Source: an uncultured Chloroflexia bacterium
GTDB taxonomy: Bacteria; Chloroflexota; Anaerolineae; CG2-30-64-16
Length of the DNA: 64,000 nt
Reading direction: 5' to 3'
Assembly (NCBI GenBank): GCA_963810095.1
Contig: CAWEMM010000006.1
Location: 512,001 to 576,000, forward strand
Under the pieces are notes generated by a model. That model searched no databases, was not told the origin of the DNA, and saw nothing but the letters and a program-made list of their open reading frames with translations. Positions 52,185 to 63,073 of this stretch are shown here, piece by piece. Both the position numbers and the translations under genes were made by a program. How positions within the stretch are numbered: position 1 is the first letter of the stretch; each line of letters starts with the position of its first letter.

Positions 52185-53432
52185 TCAGCCGATACTGGCC
52201 CCGCTCGGGATTTCACTTTCGCCGTAATCCTTCGGCGCGGCGTGACGGTGAACGAGCACGTTGCGGCCCAACTTGGCGCCGGCAGGAACCACCGCACCTT
52301 TGCCGACGACGGTGAGGCCGGTGTTGAGGCGGTTAGGCTGTGCGCGGTTGGACGTCCGGTCGTCGCCGTAGCCGACGACCGCGCCGGCTTCGACGACGAC
52401 GCGCTTATCGAGGATGGCACGGTCTACGACCGCGCCCGGCTTGATCACAGCATCGGTGAAAACGATCGAATCGCGCACTTCGGCGCCCGGATGCACGTAG
52501 ACGCCCGGCGAGATGATGGACCGCACGACCGTTCCTTCAATACGGCACCCGTCGCAAAGCAGGTTGCCTTCGACGCGGGCGTTCTCGCCCAGGAACGCGG
52601 CCGCCCGTTCCTCGCTCTTCGTGTGGATCACCCAGTTTTCGTCGTAGAGGTCCAAGGCCGGCGTTTCGGCCAGGAGCGCCATGTTGGCCTCATAGTAGGC
52701 CTGGATCGTGCCCGCGTCCTCCCAGTAGCCAAAGAAGCGGTAGGCATAGACGTTCGCCTCGTGCACCAGCGCCGGCAGCGAGTCGCGGCCGAGATTGGTG
52801 TCCTTCTCGCCCTGGCCGCGCAGCCAGTCGCGCAGCACTCGCGCGTTGAATACGTAAATCCCCATGCTGGCCGTCGTGTTGTAGGTTCGCTTTGGCTTTT
52901 CCGCGTACTCGATTACGCGGCCGCTCTGATCGCTGCCGACCATGCCAAAGCGGTGTGCCTGGTGATATGGCACCGCCCGGGTGGCGATGGTGACGTCGGC
53001 GCCCCGCTCGCGGTGGAAACGCAGCAGCGGCTCGTAATCCATCTTGTAGATATGGTCACCCGGCAGCAGCAGCACTTCGTCCACCGAACGCGTCAGGTCG
53101 AGGTTCGAGCGCACCGCGTCGGCGGTCCCTTCCTGCCACCCGGCCGAGTGCCCGCCTTTCGTGCTCACGTAGGGCTGCAGCAGGCGCACCCCGCCGGTGG
53201 TCCGGTCGAGGTCCCACGGCCGGCCCAATCCGATGTGTTCGTTGAGCGAACGCGGCTGGTACTGGGTCAGCACCGCGACGTTGAAAATGCCCGAGTTGAC
53301 GCAGTTCGAGAGGGCAAAGTCGATGACGCGGTACTTGCCTGCGAACGGCATCGCGGCCTCAGAGCGGTCGGCGGTCAGGACGCTGAGGGCCGGTCCTTCG
53401 CCGCCGGCCAGGATCATTGCCAAGACATTCAT
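52185..53432 (-). CDS. Glucose-1-phosphate adenylyltransferase family protein, GlgD-like
   Basis: [24 protein letters not shown] and a beta-helix, but GGEGPAL...RSEAA replaces GxGTRL...RAKPA. Confidence 0.88.
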   Translation of the reverse strand: MNVLAMILAGGEGPALSVLTADRSEAAMPFAGKYRVIDFALSNCVNSGIFNVAVLTQYQPRSLNEHIGLGRPWDLDRTTGGVRLLQPYVSTKGGHSAGWQEGTADAVRSNLDLTRSVDEVLLLPGDHIYKMDYEPLLRFHRERGADVTIATRAVPYHQAHRFGMVGSDQSGRVIEYAEKPKRTYNTTASMGIYVFNARVLRDWLRGQGEKDTNLGRDSLPALVHEANVYAYRFFGYWEDAGTIQAYYEANMALLAETPALDLYDENWVIHTKSEERAAAFLGENARVEGNLLCDGCRIEGTVVRSIISPGVYVHPGAEVRDSIVFTDAVIKPGAVVDRAILDKRVVVEAGAVVGYGDDRTSNRAQPNRLNTGLTVVGKGAVVPAGAKLGRNVLVHRHAAPKDYGESEIPSGASIG

Positions 53433-53445
53433 CGTCGTCCTCCCC

Positions 53446-54704
53446 TCAAGCGACCGTCGCGCCGCTGGGCACGGCACACTCGAACGAATCGAAAGCCTCG
53501 TCGTCCACCTGGGCGTTAATCACGACGTTGCGCCCGACCGTCACGTTGGGGGGGATGTGGGCCTGCTTCCCCACGATCGTGGGCCCGGTGTAGAACTTAC
53601 CCGGGTCCTTGGCGTTCGGCGTGTCGTAGTCGGCGCCGAAGCCGAGCTGCGTGCCCCCGCCCACGACGACTCCCTTGTCAATAATGCATCGGTCGACCAC
53701 TGCGCCCGGGCCAATGAAGGTGTCGTTCATGATGACGCTTTCCCGAACGATCGCACCGGGAGAGACGTATACCCCTGGCGATAATATGGAGCGGACCACC
53801 TGCCCGCGGATGTTGCACCCGTTGCAGACCATGCTCTGCTGAATCTGGCCCTGCGGGCCCACTTTGGCGGGCGCGCGTTCCTCGCTTTTCGTGTGGATCA
53901 CCCAGTTCGTGTCGTAGAGGTCGAGCTGCGACTTACCCGACACCAATTCCATGCTGGTGCTCCAGTACGCATCGACCGTCCCAACGTCGACCCAGTAACC
54001 TTCGAAGCCGTACGTGTACAGCCGGTGGGTGTCCACCATGCTGGGGATGACGTGCTTGCCGAAATCCAGGTCCTCGTGTTTGTCCTTGAGCGCCAGCATC
54101 CGCTCCACGAGCGCGTTCTTGTTGAACACGTATACGCCCATGTTCGCCAACGTGCTCGGCGCCTCCTTGGGCTTTTCGAGGAACCCCTTCACCCGGCCGT
54201 CCTCCTCCGTCAGCACGATGCCGAAGCGGGATGTCTCGTCCGGCTTGACATTCATCACCGCGAGCGTGAGATCCGCCCGGCGTTCTTCGTGGATCTGGAG
54301 CATCTTCCGGTAATCCATCTTGTAGATGTGATCGCCGGAGAGGATCAGGACTGTGTCGGCCCGCGTCTCGTTCAGATAGTTGATGTTCTGCAGGACGGCG
54401 TCGGCAGTGCCGCCGTACCACTGCTGGTGGCCCTTACCCTGGTAGGGCTGCATCAGCCGCACGCCCCCGCGAGCGGTCGAGATCCCAGGGCCGGCCGATG
54501 CCAATGTGCTCGTTCAGTGACTGGGGCAGATACTGCGTGAGAATGCCGACGTCGAAGATGCCCGAGTTGACGCAATTGGACAACGTGAAATCGATGATCC
54601 GAAAGCGTCCTGCAAAGGGCACGGCCGGCTTGGCGCGGCGCGTCAGAGAGAACACCGAGACGCGTTCCTGCTCCGCCAGCCAAAATCAGAGCTACAACTC
54701 GCAT
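53446..54704 (-). CDS. glgC: Glucose-1-phosphate adenylyltransferase, split by frameshifts near 54641 and 54466
   Basis: [48 protein letters not shown] across three frames. Confidence 0.92.
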
Positions 54705-54900
54705 CACGCACTCCTTCCAGCGTTGAACCCATAGAGCACTTCATCAGCGTGCGCCACGGGCTGTGGCAAGTCGACGAGGATCCCGGTGGATTCGATGTGA
54801 GCATTGTCGCACACAACAAATAAAACGTGCAAGCGAACACGAGCGGCCGCCCCCAAGGAGGAACGCTACGAAATCGCTCGCCGGGCTCGGATCTGCGGCC

Positions 54901-54920
54901 GGTGTGATGTACATCATACC
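54901..54920. promoter_or_regulatory. Palindromic CRP/FNR-family-like operator
   Basis: GGTGTGATGTACATCATACC (TGTGA-N6-TCATA); 9 of 10 arm pairs match. Confidence 0.55.
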
Positions 54921-54945
54921 CAAGGCCGGTGAACCGTGCTATCCT

Positions 54946-54966
54946 TATTGCAAATGATTCGCATTA
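54946..54966. promoter_or_regulatory. Fur-box-like 7-1-7 palindrome upstream of feoA
   Basis: TATTGCAAATGATTCGCATTA; AT-rich and directly before an iron-uptake operon. Confidence 0.65.
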
Positions 54967-54986
54967 GCATGTCATCGAGCGTTTCC

Positions 54987-55247
54987 ATGATAACACCCTC
55001 CTCCAGTCCAAGAGCGGCGCAGTTGATCGCGGACCTGCCGGCCGGATCGGGCGCAGTCATTCACTCGCTCACCGGTGGCCACGACTTCTGCAGCCGGATG
55101 GCCAACCTCGGCTTCACCTCGGGCGCCCCCGTCACCGTGCGCCAGAACTACGGTCGCGGCCCGATCGTGGTCGCGCTGCGCGGCACGCTGGTGGCGCTGG
55201 GACGGGCAGAGGCGGCCTGCATTCTCGTCCTGGCGAGCGAGCCCTGA
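54987..55247 (+). CDS. feoA: Ferrous iron transport protein A
   Basis: RMANLGF..G..V, GPIVV..RG..VALGR.EA. The start may be 54969. Confidence 0.92.
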   Translation: MITPSSSPRAAQLIADLPAGSGAVIHSLTGGHDFCSRMANLGFTSGAPVTVRQNYGRGPIVVALRGTLVALGRAEAACILVLASEP

Positions 55248-57345
55248 TGGCCCAGATCCTCCGCTCCCCCTCGTCCGGCCCCAACGCAGCCCGAGGCCCA
55301 AATTCCGGCTCGTCCAACCTGCCTGCCACGACACGGGCTCCGCGCCCTTGGCCCTGCCCGATGCGCTCACCATTGCCTTGGTCGGTCAGCCCAATGTCGG
55401 TAAGTCCACCGTCTTCAACATGCTCACCGGGCTCAACCAGCATGTCGGGAACTGGCCCGGCAAGACGGTGGAGCAGAAGACGGGCATATTCCAGTACGAG
55501 GGCGCAGGGGTCAACCTGGTCGACTTGCCGGGCACCTATAGCCTGACGGCCAACTCGGAGGAAGAGCGCGTCGCACGCGACTACCTGATCGGCGAGCGGC
55601 CCGACGTCGCGATTGCGATCGTCAACGCGGCCGCGCTCGAGCGCAGCTTGTACCTGGTGGCAGAGCTGCTCGCACTCGACACCCCCCTTGTCATCGGGCT
55701 CAACATGAGCGACGTGGCCGCGCAGCACGGCATTCACGTCGAGGCCCACGTGCTCGAAGCCGCGCTCGGCGTCCCGGTCATCCCCTTGGTCGCCGCCCGA
55801 AACGAGGGCATCCGCGAGTTGGTCGGCGCGGCGGTCGCCCTCACGCGCAACCCGGCCGCCTTCCAGCCGAACCGCCCGGCCATCCGTCCGGAGCACAAGC
55901 CGGTGCTCGACCAGCTGGTCGCCATCCTGGGCGACTGCACCTGCGACCGGTATGCGGCCGATTGGTCCGCGATGAAGCTGCTCGAAGGGGACTCGGAGGT
56001 GACGGCGCAGGTCAAGGCGGCCGTGACGCCCGGCGTGTGGGACGAAGTGCACCGCCTCTTGCTGCAGCACGAGGACGCGTATCTCGACATCGCCGGCGGC
56101 CGCTACGAGTGGATCGGGCGCATGGTGCGGGCGGCGGTCACCCAACCCCGGGCGGGCGCGGTCACCATCACCGATCGCATCGACCGGGTCGCCACGCACC
56201 CGATCTTCGGCTTGCTCCTCCTGCTGGGCATCTTCGGCCTGGCATTTGCCGCAACGTATACCATTGCGACGCCCCTGGCGGGATGGCTCTCGGGGGTCGT
56301 GCTGGGCGGGTTGACCTCGGTGGCGGAAGCCGTGCTGCGAGGCGCCCCCTGGTGGGTCTCGGGGCTCGTGATCGACGGCTTAATCGGCGGCGCGGGCACG
56401 GTCCTGACCTTCCTGCCGGTCCTCGCGATCTTCTTCGCGCTGCTCGGGGTGCTGGAGGACGTGGGCTACCTGTCGCGCGGGGCGTACGTCATGGACCGCT
56501 TCATGCACCTGATGGGGCTGCACGGCAAATCGTTCCTGCCGCTCTTCCTCGGTTTCGGCTGCAACGTGCCTGCGGTGATGGGCGCGCGCATCCTGGAAGA
56601 GAAACGGGCCCGCTTCCTGACCATCCTGCTGGCCCCGCTGGTGCCATGCACGGCCCGGCTTGCAGTGCTCGCGTTCCTCGCGCCCGCATTCTTTGCCAGT
56701 GGGGCTGCGCTCGCTACCGTGGGCCTCGTGGCCTTGAACCTGGTGATCCTGGCGGTTGCCGGCGTGGTCGTCAACAAAGTGGCCTTCAAGGGCGAGCAGA
56801 CGGCTTTCATCATGGAGCTGCCGCTGTATCACGTGCCCAATGCCCGCACGGTCGGAATCTATGTCTGGAACAACACGACATCGTTCCTGAAAAAAGCGGG
56901 GACGTTCATTCTCATCTCGTCGGCCGTAGTCTGGCTGCTGTCACATGTGCCGGGCGGGAGCGTGGAGACCTCTGTGCTCGCCATGGTCGGGCGGGCGCTC
57001 GAACCGGTCGGTCAGTTGATGGGCCTGAATGACTGGCGCATGATCGTCGCGCTGCTCTCCAGCTTCTTCGCCAAGGAGAACACGATCGCCACGCTCGGGG
57101 TCCTCTTTGGGGCGCCGGATTCGACCGCGACCCTGGCGACGCAGGTCGCCGCGGTGCTCGTGCCCGCGGCCCGGCTGGCGTTCCTGGCAACGGCAATGCT
57201 GTTCATTCCCTGCCTGGCCACCGTGGCCACGGTCAAACAGGAGACCGGCTCGTGGAAGTGGACCGCGGCGAGCATCGGGCTGCTGCTGGCCATCTCGGTC
57301 GGTGCGGGCATCCTCCTGTATCAGACCCTGCACTTCCTGGGGTGA
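55247..57345 (+). CDS. feoB: Ferrous iron transport protein B (probable 1-nt deletion just after the ATG at 55247)
   Basis: GQPNVGKS, VGNWPG.TVE, DLPG.YSL, NMSD, GFGCNVP, PC.ARL, MELP.Y. Confidence 0.95.
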
Positions 57346-57350
57346 CGACG

Positions 57351-57659
57351 ATGAATGTCGAGATGAGCCTGCCGGTGCAGCTCCTGCGGTTGGTCTCCTA
57401 CGGGGGCATCCGTTCGACCGCAGAACTTGGCCGGCGGCTGGGCGTGAGTGAGACGCTGGTCAGCATGATGGCGGACGACTTGCGGCGACGGGGGTATTTA
57501 CAGGCCGTCGGCGGCAGCACGTGCGACGCCGACGGCCTGTCGGCGCAGGCCGGCTGTGCAAGCTGCGGCATCGTCAGCTCGTGCAAGCTCCCCGGGACCG
57601 CGGAGCAGCTGCCGCTGTTGGTGCTCACGGACAAGGGGAAGTTGGCCGCCCGAGTCTAG
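57351..57659 (+). CDS. feoC: FeoC-like winged-helix protein with Cys cluster
   Basis: AELGRRLGVS...L.RRGY then C-x10-C-x2-C-x5-C; follows feoB. Confidence 0.78.
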   Translation: MNVEMSLPVQLLRLVSYGGIRSTAELGRRLGVSETLVSMMADDLRRRGYLQAVGGSTCDADGLSAQAGCASCGIVSSCKLPGTAEQLPLLVLTDKGKLAARV

Positions 57660-57779
57660 ACCCGGCCCCACCGGTTCGACACCGGTTCTCCTTCACAAGC
57701 TCCCCGCTTTGCGCGATAATGCCCCGGTAGCAGCGCTGCGTCTACCCGCTTCGGTTATCCCAGCCTTCTGATCCGACCC

Positions 57780-59919
57780 ATGCAGACTTTGCCCTGGCAG
57801 ACCCTGGCTGACACCTCCCGGCTACTCGCCCGGCCCGCCGCCGTCCTCCGGTCGGCCCGGCGCACACACCTGCGGCCCGACTTCCTGGCCGCCCTCACCG
57901 TCAGCCTGATCATCCTGCCGCAGGCCATGGCCTACTCGCTCCTCGCGGGCCTGCCCCCCCAGACCGGGTTGTACGCGGCCATCCTCTCGGGCGCGGTTGC
58001 CTCCCTGTGGGGTTCCTCCAGCCAGCTGCAGACCGGGCCCACCAACACGGCCTCCCTGCTCACGCTGTCGGCGCTGACCCTGTTGGGTCCCGCGCTCGTG
58101 CCGGGCACGCCCGAGTATCTGGCCGCGGCCGGGTTGCTGGCCGTGATGGCGGGCGTGCTGCGGGTGGCATTGGGTCTGGCCGGGTTGGGGATGCTGGTTC
58201 GCTTCGTTTCTGACGCGGTCGTTACCGGGTTCACGGCCAGCGCCGGCTTGCTCATTGCGGTGAACCAGGTGCGTCACCTGCTGCGGCTGAACGTGCCGTC
58301 GACCGCGGGCCTGCTCGACACGGTGCAGGCGGTCGGTCCGAAACTGAACGAGACACACGTGCCCAGCCTGCTGCTCGGGCTCGGCGTCATCGCCTTGATC
58401 GCAATCCTCCGCCGGGTGAACCGCCGCCTGCCCGGTGCGTTGATTGCCATCGTGCTCGCGTCGGTCGTCGCAGCCGTGCTCGATCTTGGGCTCAAGACCA
58501 TCGGGCCCGTTCCGACCGGCCTGCCACCCTTCAGTCACCTGCCCGTGACCGATCTGAAGCTGATCGGCCAGTTGTCGACCAGCGCGCTGTCCATCGCGGC
58601 CATCGGGCTCGTCGAGGCGTTGTCCATCGCCCGACTGCTGGCGAGCCGCACCGGCGAGCGGTTGAACAGCAACCAGGAATTCGTCGGCCAGGGCTTGGCC
58701 AACATCGCCAGCGGTTTCTTTTCCGGCTACCCGGTTTCGGGGTCGTTCACCCGTTCGGCCGTGAACCTCCAGGCGGGCGCTGTCAGTCCGCTGGCCGGCC
58801 TGTTCAGCAGCGGCCTTCTGCTGCTGGCAACCCTCACCGTCAGCTCGCTCGCGTCATACATCCCGCTGGCCGCGCTCGCAGGCGTCTTGATGGCGACCGC
58901 ATTCACCCTCATCGACCGCCGGGAAATGGCGCGGATGTGGCGCAGCGGGGGCGCGGACCGCCTGACCCTCGTCGTGACGCTCGGAGCCACCTTGCTGCTG
59001 CCGCTCCACTTCGCGATCCTGGCCGGCATCCTGATGTCGCTGGGGGCGTATCTGCTCCGGACGACGACCCCCCGGGTCTATAGCGTCGTGCCGTCTGAGG
59101 AATTTCGCCACTTCGAGCCGCGGGCCGAGCTGCCCCACTGCCCGCAACTCAGCGTCATGGAGATTCTCGGCGACCTCTATTTCGGCGCGGTGCAGCACGT
59201 CGAAGAGCAGATCCACCGCAACCAGGAGGACTGCCCGGAGCAGCGCTTTCTGCTCCTGCGCATGCACAGCGTGCACAACATCGACTTCAGCGGCGTCCAT
59301 GCGCTCGAAGCGATCCTGCGCAGCTATCGGGAGCGCGGCGGCGACGTGTTTATGGTCCGGGTGCGGCCGCCCGTCATGCAGGAAATGCTCGGGTCCGGCT
59401 TCCTGGCCGCCATTGAAGCCAGACCACGTGCTGGACGAGGACACCGCCATTAGCCACCTGTTCCACCACGTGCTCGATCCTGCGATCTGCATTTACGAAT
59501 GCCCCGTGCGAGTGTTTAGAGAATGCCAGAACCTCCCGAGGCCGCTGGATGGCGCCGGCAAACCCGCTCTGACGGCCGCCTGGTCACAACGCCTCGCCGC
59601 TCCGCCCCCGACCATCGAGCCGCGCGCCCTGTGGGCGGCGCTGCACGCCGCTTCGCCGCCGCTCGTCGTCGACGTGCGCGAGCCGCGCGAGTACCGGCAG
59701 GGCCACGTGCCGGGCAGCCTGTGCATCCCTCTGCCGGCCCTGCTTGCCGACCTTGCGCAGGTGCCCTATGACCGCCGCGTCGTGATGGTCTGCCGGGGCG
59801 GCCGCCGCAGCGCGGGGGCTGCGGCCGCGCTGATTGCCGCAGGCCACCCTGACGTGGCCGCGCTGAAAGGCGGGATGCTCGCCTGGGAATCCGCAGTCTT
59901 GCTGGAGGCAACCTCATGA
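57780..59919 (+). CDS. SulP/SLC26 anion transporter with STAS, Cys motif and C-terminal rhodanese; +1 frameshift near 59412
   Basis: LPQAMAY..LAGLP..GLY, NQEF.GQG.AN, SGSFTRS, GDLYFG, IDFSG; then VDVREP.EY..GHVPG and VCRGGRRS. Confidence 0.9.
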
Positions 59920-60890
59920 GCCATTCCTGCGACCTGTCGCCCAACCTAGGGCTGGATCTGGTCCGCGCGACCGAGGCTGCTGCGCTTGCCGCCGGACGCT
60001 GGACGGGGCTGGGTCGCCTGCAGGAAGCCGAGCGAGCGGCCACCGACGCCATGATCGGCGTGCTGCAGGGAATTGCGATCGACGGTGTGGTCTGCCTGGC
60101 CGAGGAAGGCCGGCTGGGCGACGGGTCGGCGTTTGCGACGGGGCAAGCCGTGGGCTCGGGGAACGGGCCGGCGGTCGACGTGCTGGTCGACGCGCTGGAG
60201 GGCCGGCGACTGCTGGCGGGAGGGTATCCCGGCGCGCTGGCGGCCGTGGCCGTTGCCCCTCGGGGCAGCGTCTGGGCGCCGTGGGGCATCCGCTACATGG
60301 AGAAGATCGTCGTCAACGCCGAAGTTGCACCGGTCCTTGCGCCCGAATGCCTCGACGCGCCCGCAGCATGGACGCTGGCACTGGTCGCGCGGGCTACAGG
60401 CAAGCAGGTGCGCGACCTCGTCGTCTTCGTGCTGGACCGCCCGCGCCACCACGACCTGGTGGCCGAGATCCGCGCCGCGGGCAGCCACGTCCTGCTCCGG
60501 TCGGGCGGCGACCTGAACGGCGCGCTGATGGCGTGCCTGCGCGATGGCAAGGTCGATCTCCTGATGGGCTCGGGCGGCGTGCCCCAGGGCCTGCTGGCTG
60601 CCTGCGCGGTCAAAGCGACAAAGGGTGCTATGCTCGCCCGCCTGGTCGCGCAAACGCCGGAAGAAGCGGCCGAACTGCGCAACCGGCCGCCCGAAGACTG
60701 CGGAATCCACTCGCTCGACGACCTGGTGGCGGGGAACTGCGCGTTTTTCGTGGCGACAGGCATCACCGACAGCCCTCTGCTGAACGGCACCCGCTACCAC
60801 GGGCCGCGGGCGGAATCGAACTCTATCATTCTTCGAGCAGAGACGGGCATCCGGCGGACCATTCTCACGGAGCACTGGGCCGGCGAGTAG
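59916..60890 (+). CDS. Divergent GlpX (FBPase class II) paralog
   Basis: LDLVRATEAAALAAGRW, YMEKI, DRPRH, ATGITD; ATGA overlap with SulP. Catalytic motifs are altered. Confidence 0.85.
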   Translation: MSHSCDLSPNLGLDLVRATEAAALAAGRWTGLGRLQEAERAATDAMIGVLQGIAIDGVVCLAEEGRLGDGSAFATGQAVGSGNGPAVDVLVDALEGRRLLAGGYPGALAAVAVAPRGSVWAPWGIRYMEKIVVNAEVAPVLAPECLDAPAAWTLALVARATGKQVRDLVVFVLDRPRHHDLVAEIRAAGSHVLLRSGGDLNGALMACLRDGKVDLLMGSGGVPQGLLAACAVKATKGAMLARLVAQTPEEAAELRNRPPEDCGIHSLDDLVAGNCAFFVATGITDSPLLNGTRYHGPRAESNSIILRAETGIRRTILTEHWAGE

Positions 60891-60940
60891 GAAGCGAGGC
60901 GGACAAGAGAAGCGAACGAAGCGGCCCCGCCGGGCCGGCG

Positions 60941-61951
60941 CTAGGGCAGCGCCTTCCGGGGGTCGATTAGCCGGCCGAAGTCGCGGATCTCGAAGTGCAG
61001 GTGCGGGCCGGTGATATTGCCGTTCGCGCCGCTCACGCCGATCACTTGCCCCTTGCCGACGATGTCGCCCGGCTGCACGTAGATGTCGCTCAGGTGCGCG
61101 TAGAGGGTCACGTAGTCGATGCCATGATCGATCACGACCCGGAACCCGTAACCCGTGGGATTCCAGCCCGCATAGATCACCTTGCCCCGGTCGGCAGCAT
61201 GCACCTGCGTGCCAAGCGGCACGGCGATGTCGAGAGCCATGTGCCCCGCGCTTGCGCCCTGTGAGACCCACCCGCCCTGCACCGGCCAAACGAAATGCCC
61301 GTCACCATAGGGCCAGTTCTCGTACGGGGTGCCGCCCCATTCGTCGGACGGCCGGCTGACCGCCTTGCGGTCGGCGCGGGGTTTGGCGTCGGTGCGCGCG
61401 CCGGGGATGAGGATGCGCTGCTTAGGCACGACCGAGTAGGGCGCGGAACTGAACCCGTTCCATGGAATAGCGACGATGTCCTCGATGGTGACGCGGTTGG
61501 CTGCGGCGATGCGGCGCAGCGTATCTCCCGGCCGCACCGTGTAGCAGAGGTCTGCCAGGGCCGGAACCGCGATCGTCTGCCCGGGAGTGAGTGCCTCGGC
61601 GTTCGCGCCTGTAGGCGTCGTCGTGCACGACATGGTGTCGAGGTCACGGCCAAAGTCGAGGGCGAGCGACCACAACGTGTCGCCGGCTTTGACCGTATAC
61701 ATAAATGACTGTGGATTAGTATCTAGAAATCCACCAGAAGTGACAAGAGGTAGGAAAGTCAAGCTAACCGGGGCGCCCGCCCGTCGCGCCATTTCCAGGC
61801 GTTCCTGGGGCGTTAACGGGCGCTGCGTCGGCGTGGGCTGGGGCGTGGGGGTTGTGACGACGGGCGTAGTTGGCCCGCCCAGCGCAACAGAAGTCAGGCA
61901 CAGGGCGAGCAGCACCGCCAGGACCCCCGCCCGCGATGCGCGTTTCATCAT
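60941..61951 (-). CDS. Secreted 2xLysM + M23 peptidase
   Basis: Signal peptide, PT linker, YTVKAGDTL and YTVRPGDTL, HMALD, YAHL, TGPHLHFE. Confidence 0.9.
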   Translation of the reverse strand: MMKRASRAGVLAVLLALCLTSVALGGPTTPVVTTPTPQPTPTQRPLTPQERLEMARRAGAPVSLTFLPLVTSGGFLDTNPQSFMYTVKAGDTLWSLALDFGRDLDTMSCTTTPTGANAEALTPGQTIAVPALADLCYTVRPGDTLRRIAAANRVTIEDIVAIPWNGFSSAPYSVVPKQRILIPGARTDAKPRADRKAVSRPSDEWGGTPYENWPYGDGHFVWPVQGGWVSQGASAGHMALDIAVPLGTQVHAADRGKVIYAGWNPTGYGFRVVIDHGIDYVTLYAHLSDIYVQPGDIVGKGQVIGVSGANGNITGPHLHFEIRDFGRLIDPRKALP

Positions 61952-61971
61952 AAGTGCGACGATCATACCAA

Positions 61972-62001
61972 GACCTCGGGGGTTTGGCAAGCCCCGAGGT
62001 C
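61972..62001. repeat. 30-bp GACCTC...GAGGTC hairpin
   Basis: GACCTCGGGGGTTTGGCAAGCCCCGAGGTC. Confidence 0.6.
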
Positions 62002-62007
62002 GCAAAA

Positions 62008-62040
62008 AGAAACCAGGTTTCTTCGGGAAACCTGGTTTCT
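62008..62040. repeat. 33-bp double-palindrome element (copy 4)
   Basis: AGAAACCAGGTTTCT-TCG-GGAAACCTGGTTTCT, 7 nt after the cydB stop. Confidence 0.8.
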
Positions 62041-62047
62041 GGTCGGC

Positions 62048-63058
62048 CTAATACGTCAGCTTGCCCTTGCCGGTCACCCGGTGGCGGAACACATAGTAGT
62101 TCCAGGCCTGGTAGACCAAGACGACGGGTACGAAGATCAACGCGACGATCGTCATCACCCGCAAGGTGTACGGCGTCGACGACGCGTTGAAGATGGTCAG
62201 GCTCCAGGCCGGGTTGAGGCTGGAGGGCAGGACGTTCGGGTACATGGCCCGGAACTGCGTCACGACGGTGAGCGCGATGGTCAGGATGTTCATCGCGAAG
62301 GCCCAGCCAAAGCGACGCTGCCAGATGAACCAGCCGCCCGCGAGGAAGGCGACACCGGCCCCGATGGCGCTCAGGCCCGGATTGATGCCGAGCTTGTTGA
62401 AGATCCCGAGTACGTACGAGGCGATGACCACCAGCGCGCCGAGCACGAGCACCACCGGCCACAGCTTCTTCGTGATGCCCTCGGCCCGCTGCCGCAGCTC
62501 GCCCTCGGTCCGCAGTGAGAGGAACACGGCGCCTTGCAGCGTGAAGATGCCAAGGCTGGCGAGTCCGCCGATCAGCGCGTAGGGATTGAGAAGGTTGAAG
62601 AAGCCGCCCACGTAATTCATATCGGCGTCAATTGGCACGCCCTTGACGATGTTCGCCATGGCGACGCCCCACAAGAGCGCCGGGACCGCGCTGCCAAAGA
62701 AGAAGCACCAGTCCCACAGTGCCCGCCACTTCGTGTGCCGCTCCTTGCTGCGATACTCGAAGGAGACGGCGCGCACGATCAATGCGAGCAGCATCAGGAA
62801 CAGGGCCAGGTAGAACCCGCTGAAGAGCGTCGCATACCAGTTGGGGAAGGCCGCAAACATCGCGCCGCCCGCGGTCAGCAGCCACACCTCGTTGCCATCC
62901 CACCACGGCCCGATCGTGTTGAACATGACCCGCCGCTCTTCGTCATTCTTGGCCAGGAACGGGTGCAGGATGCCCACACCGTAGTCAAAGCCCTCCAGGA
63001 CGAAGAAACCCGTGAAGAGCACGCCGATCAGGATGAACCACAGTGAATTAAGTGTCAT
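62048..63058 (-). CDS. cydB: Cytochrome bd ubiquinol oxidase subunit II
   Basis: LEGFDYGVG, PWWDGNEVWL, FAAFP.WY, SLTI.NASS..YTL. Confidence 0.96.
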   Translation of the reverse strand: MTLNSLWFILIGVLFTGFFVLEGFDYGVGILHPFLAKNDEERRVMFNTIGPWWDGNEVWLLTAGGAMFAAFPNWYATLFSGFYLALFLMLLALIVRAVSFEYRSKERHTKWRALWDWCFFFGSAVPALLWGVAMANIVKGVPIDADMNYVGGFFNLLNPYALIGGLASLGIFTLQGAVFLSLRTEGELRQRAEGITKKLWPVVLVLGALVVIASYVLGIFNKLGINPGLSAIGAGVAFLAGGWFIWQRRFGWAFAMNILTIALTVVTQFRAMYPNVLPSSLNPAWSLTIFNASSTPYTLRVMTIVALIFVPVVLVYQAWNYYVFRHRVTGKGKLTY

Positions 63059-63073
63059 CGTTGCCTCCGTGAA

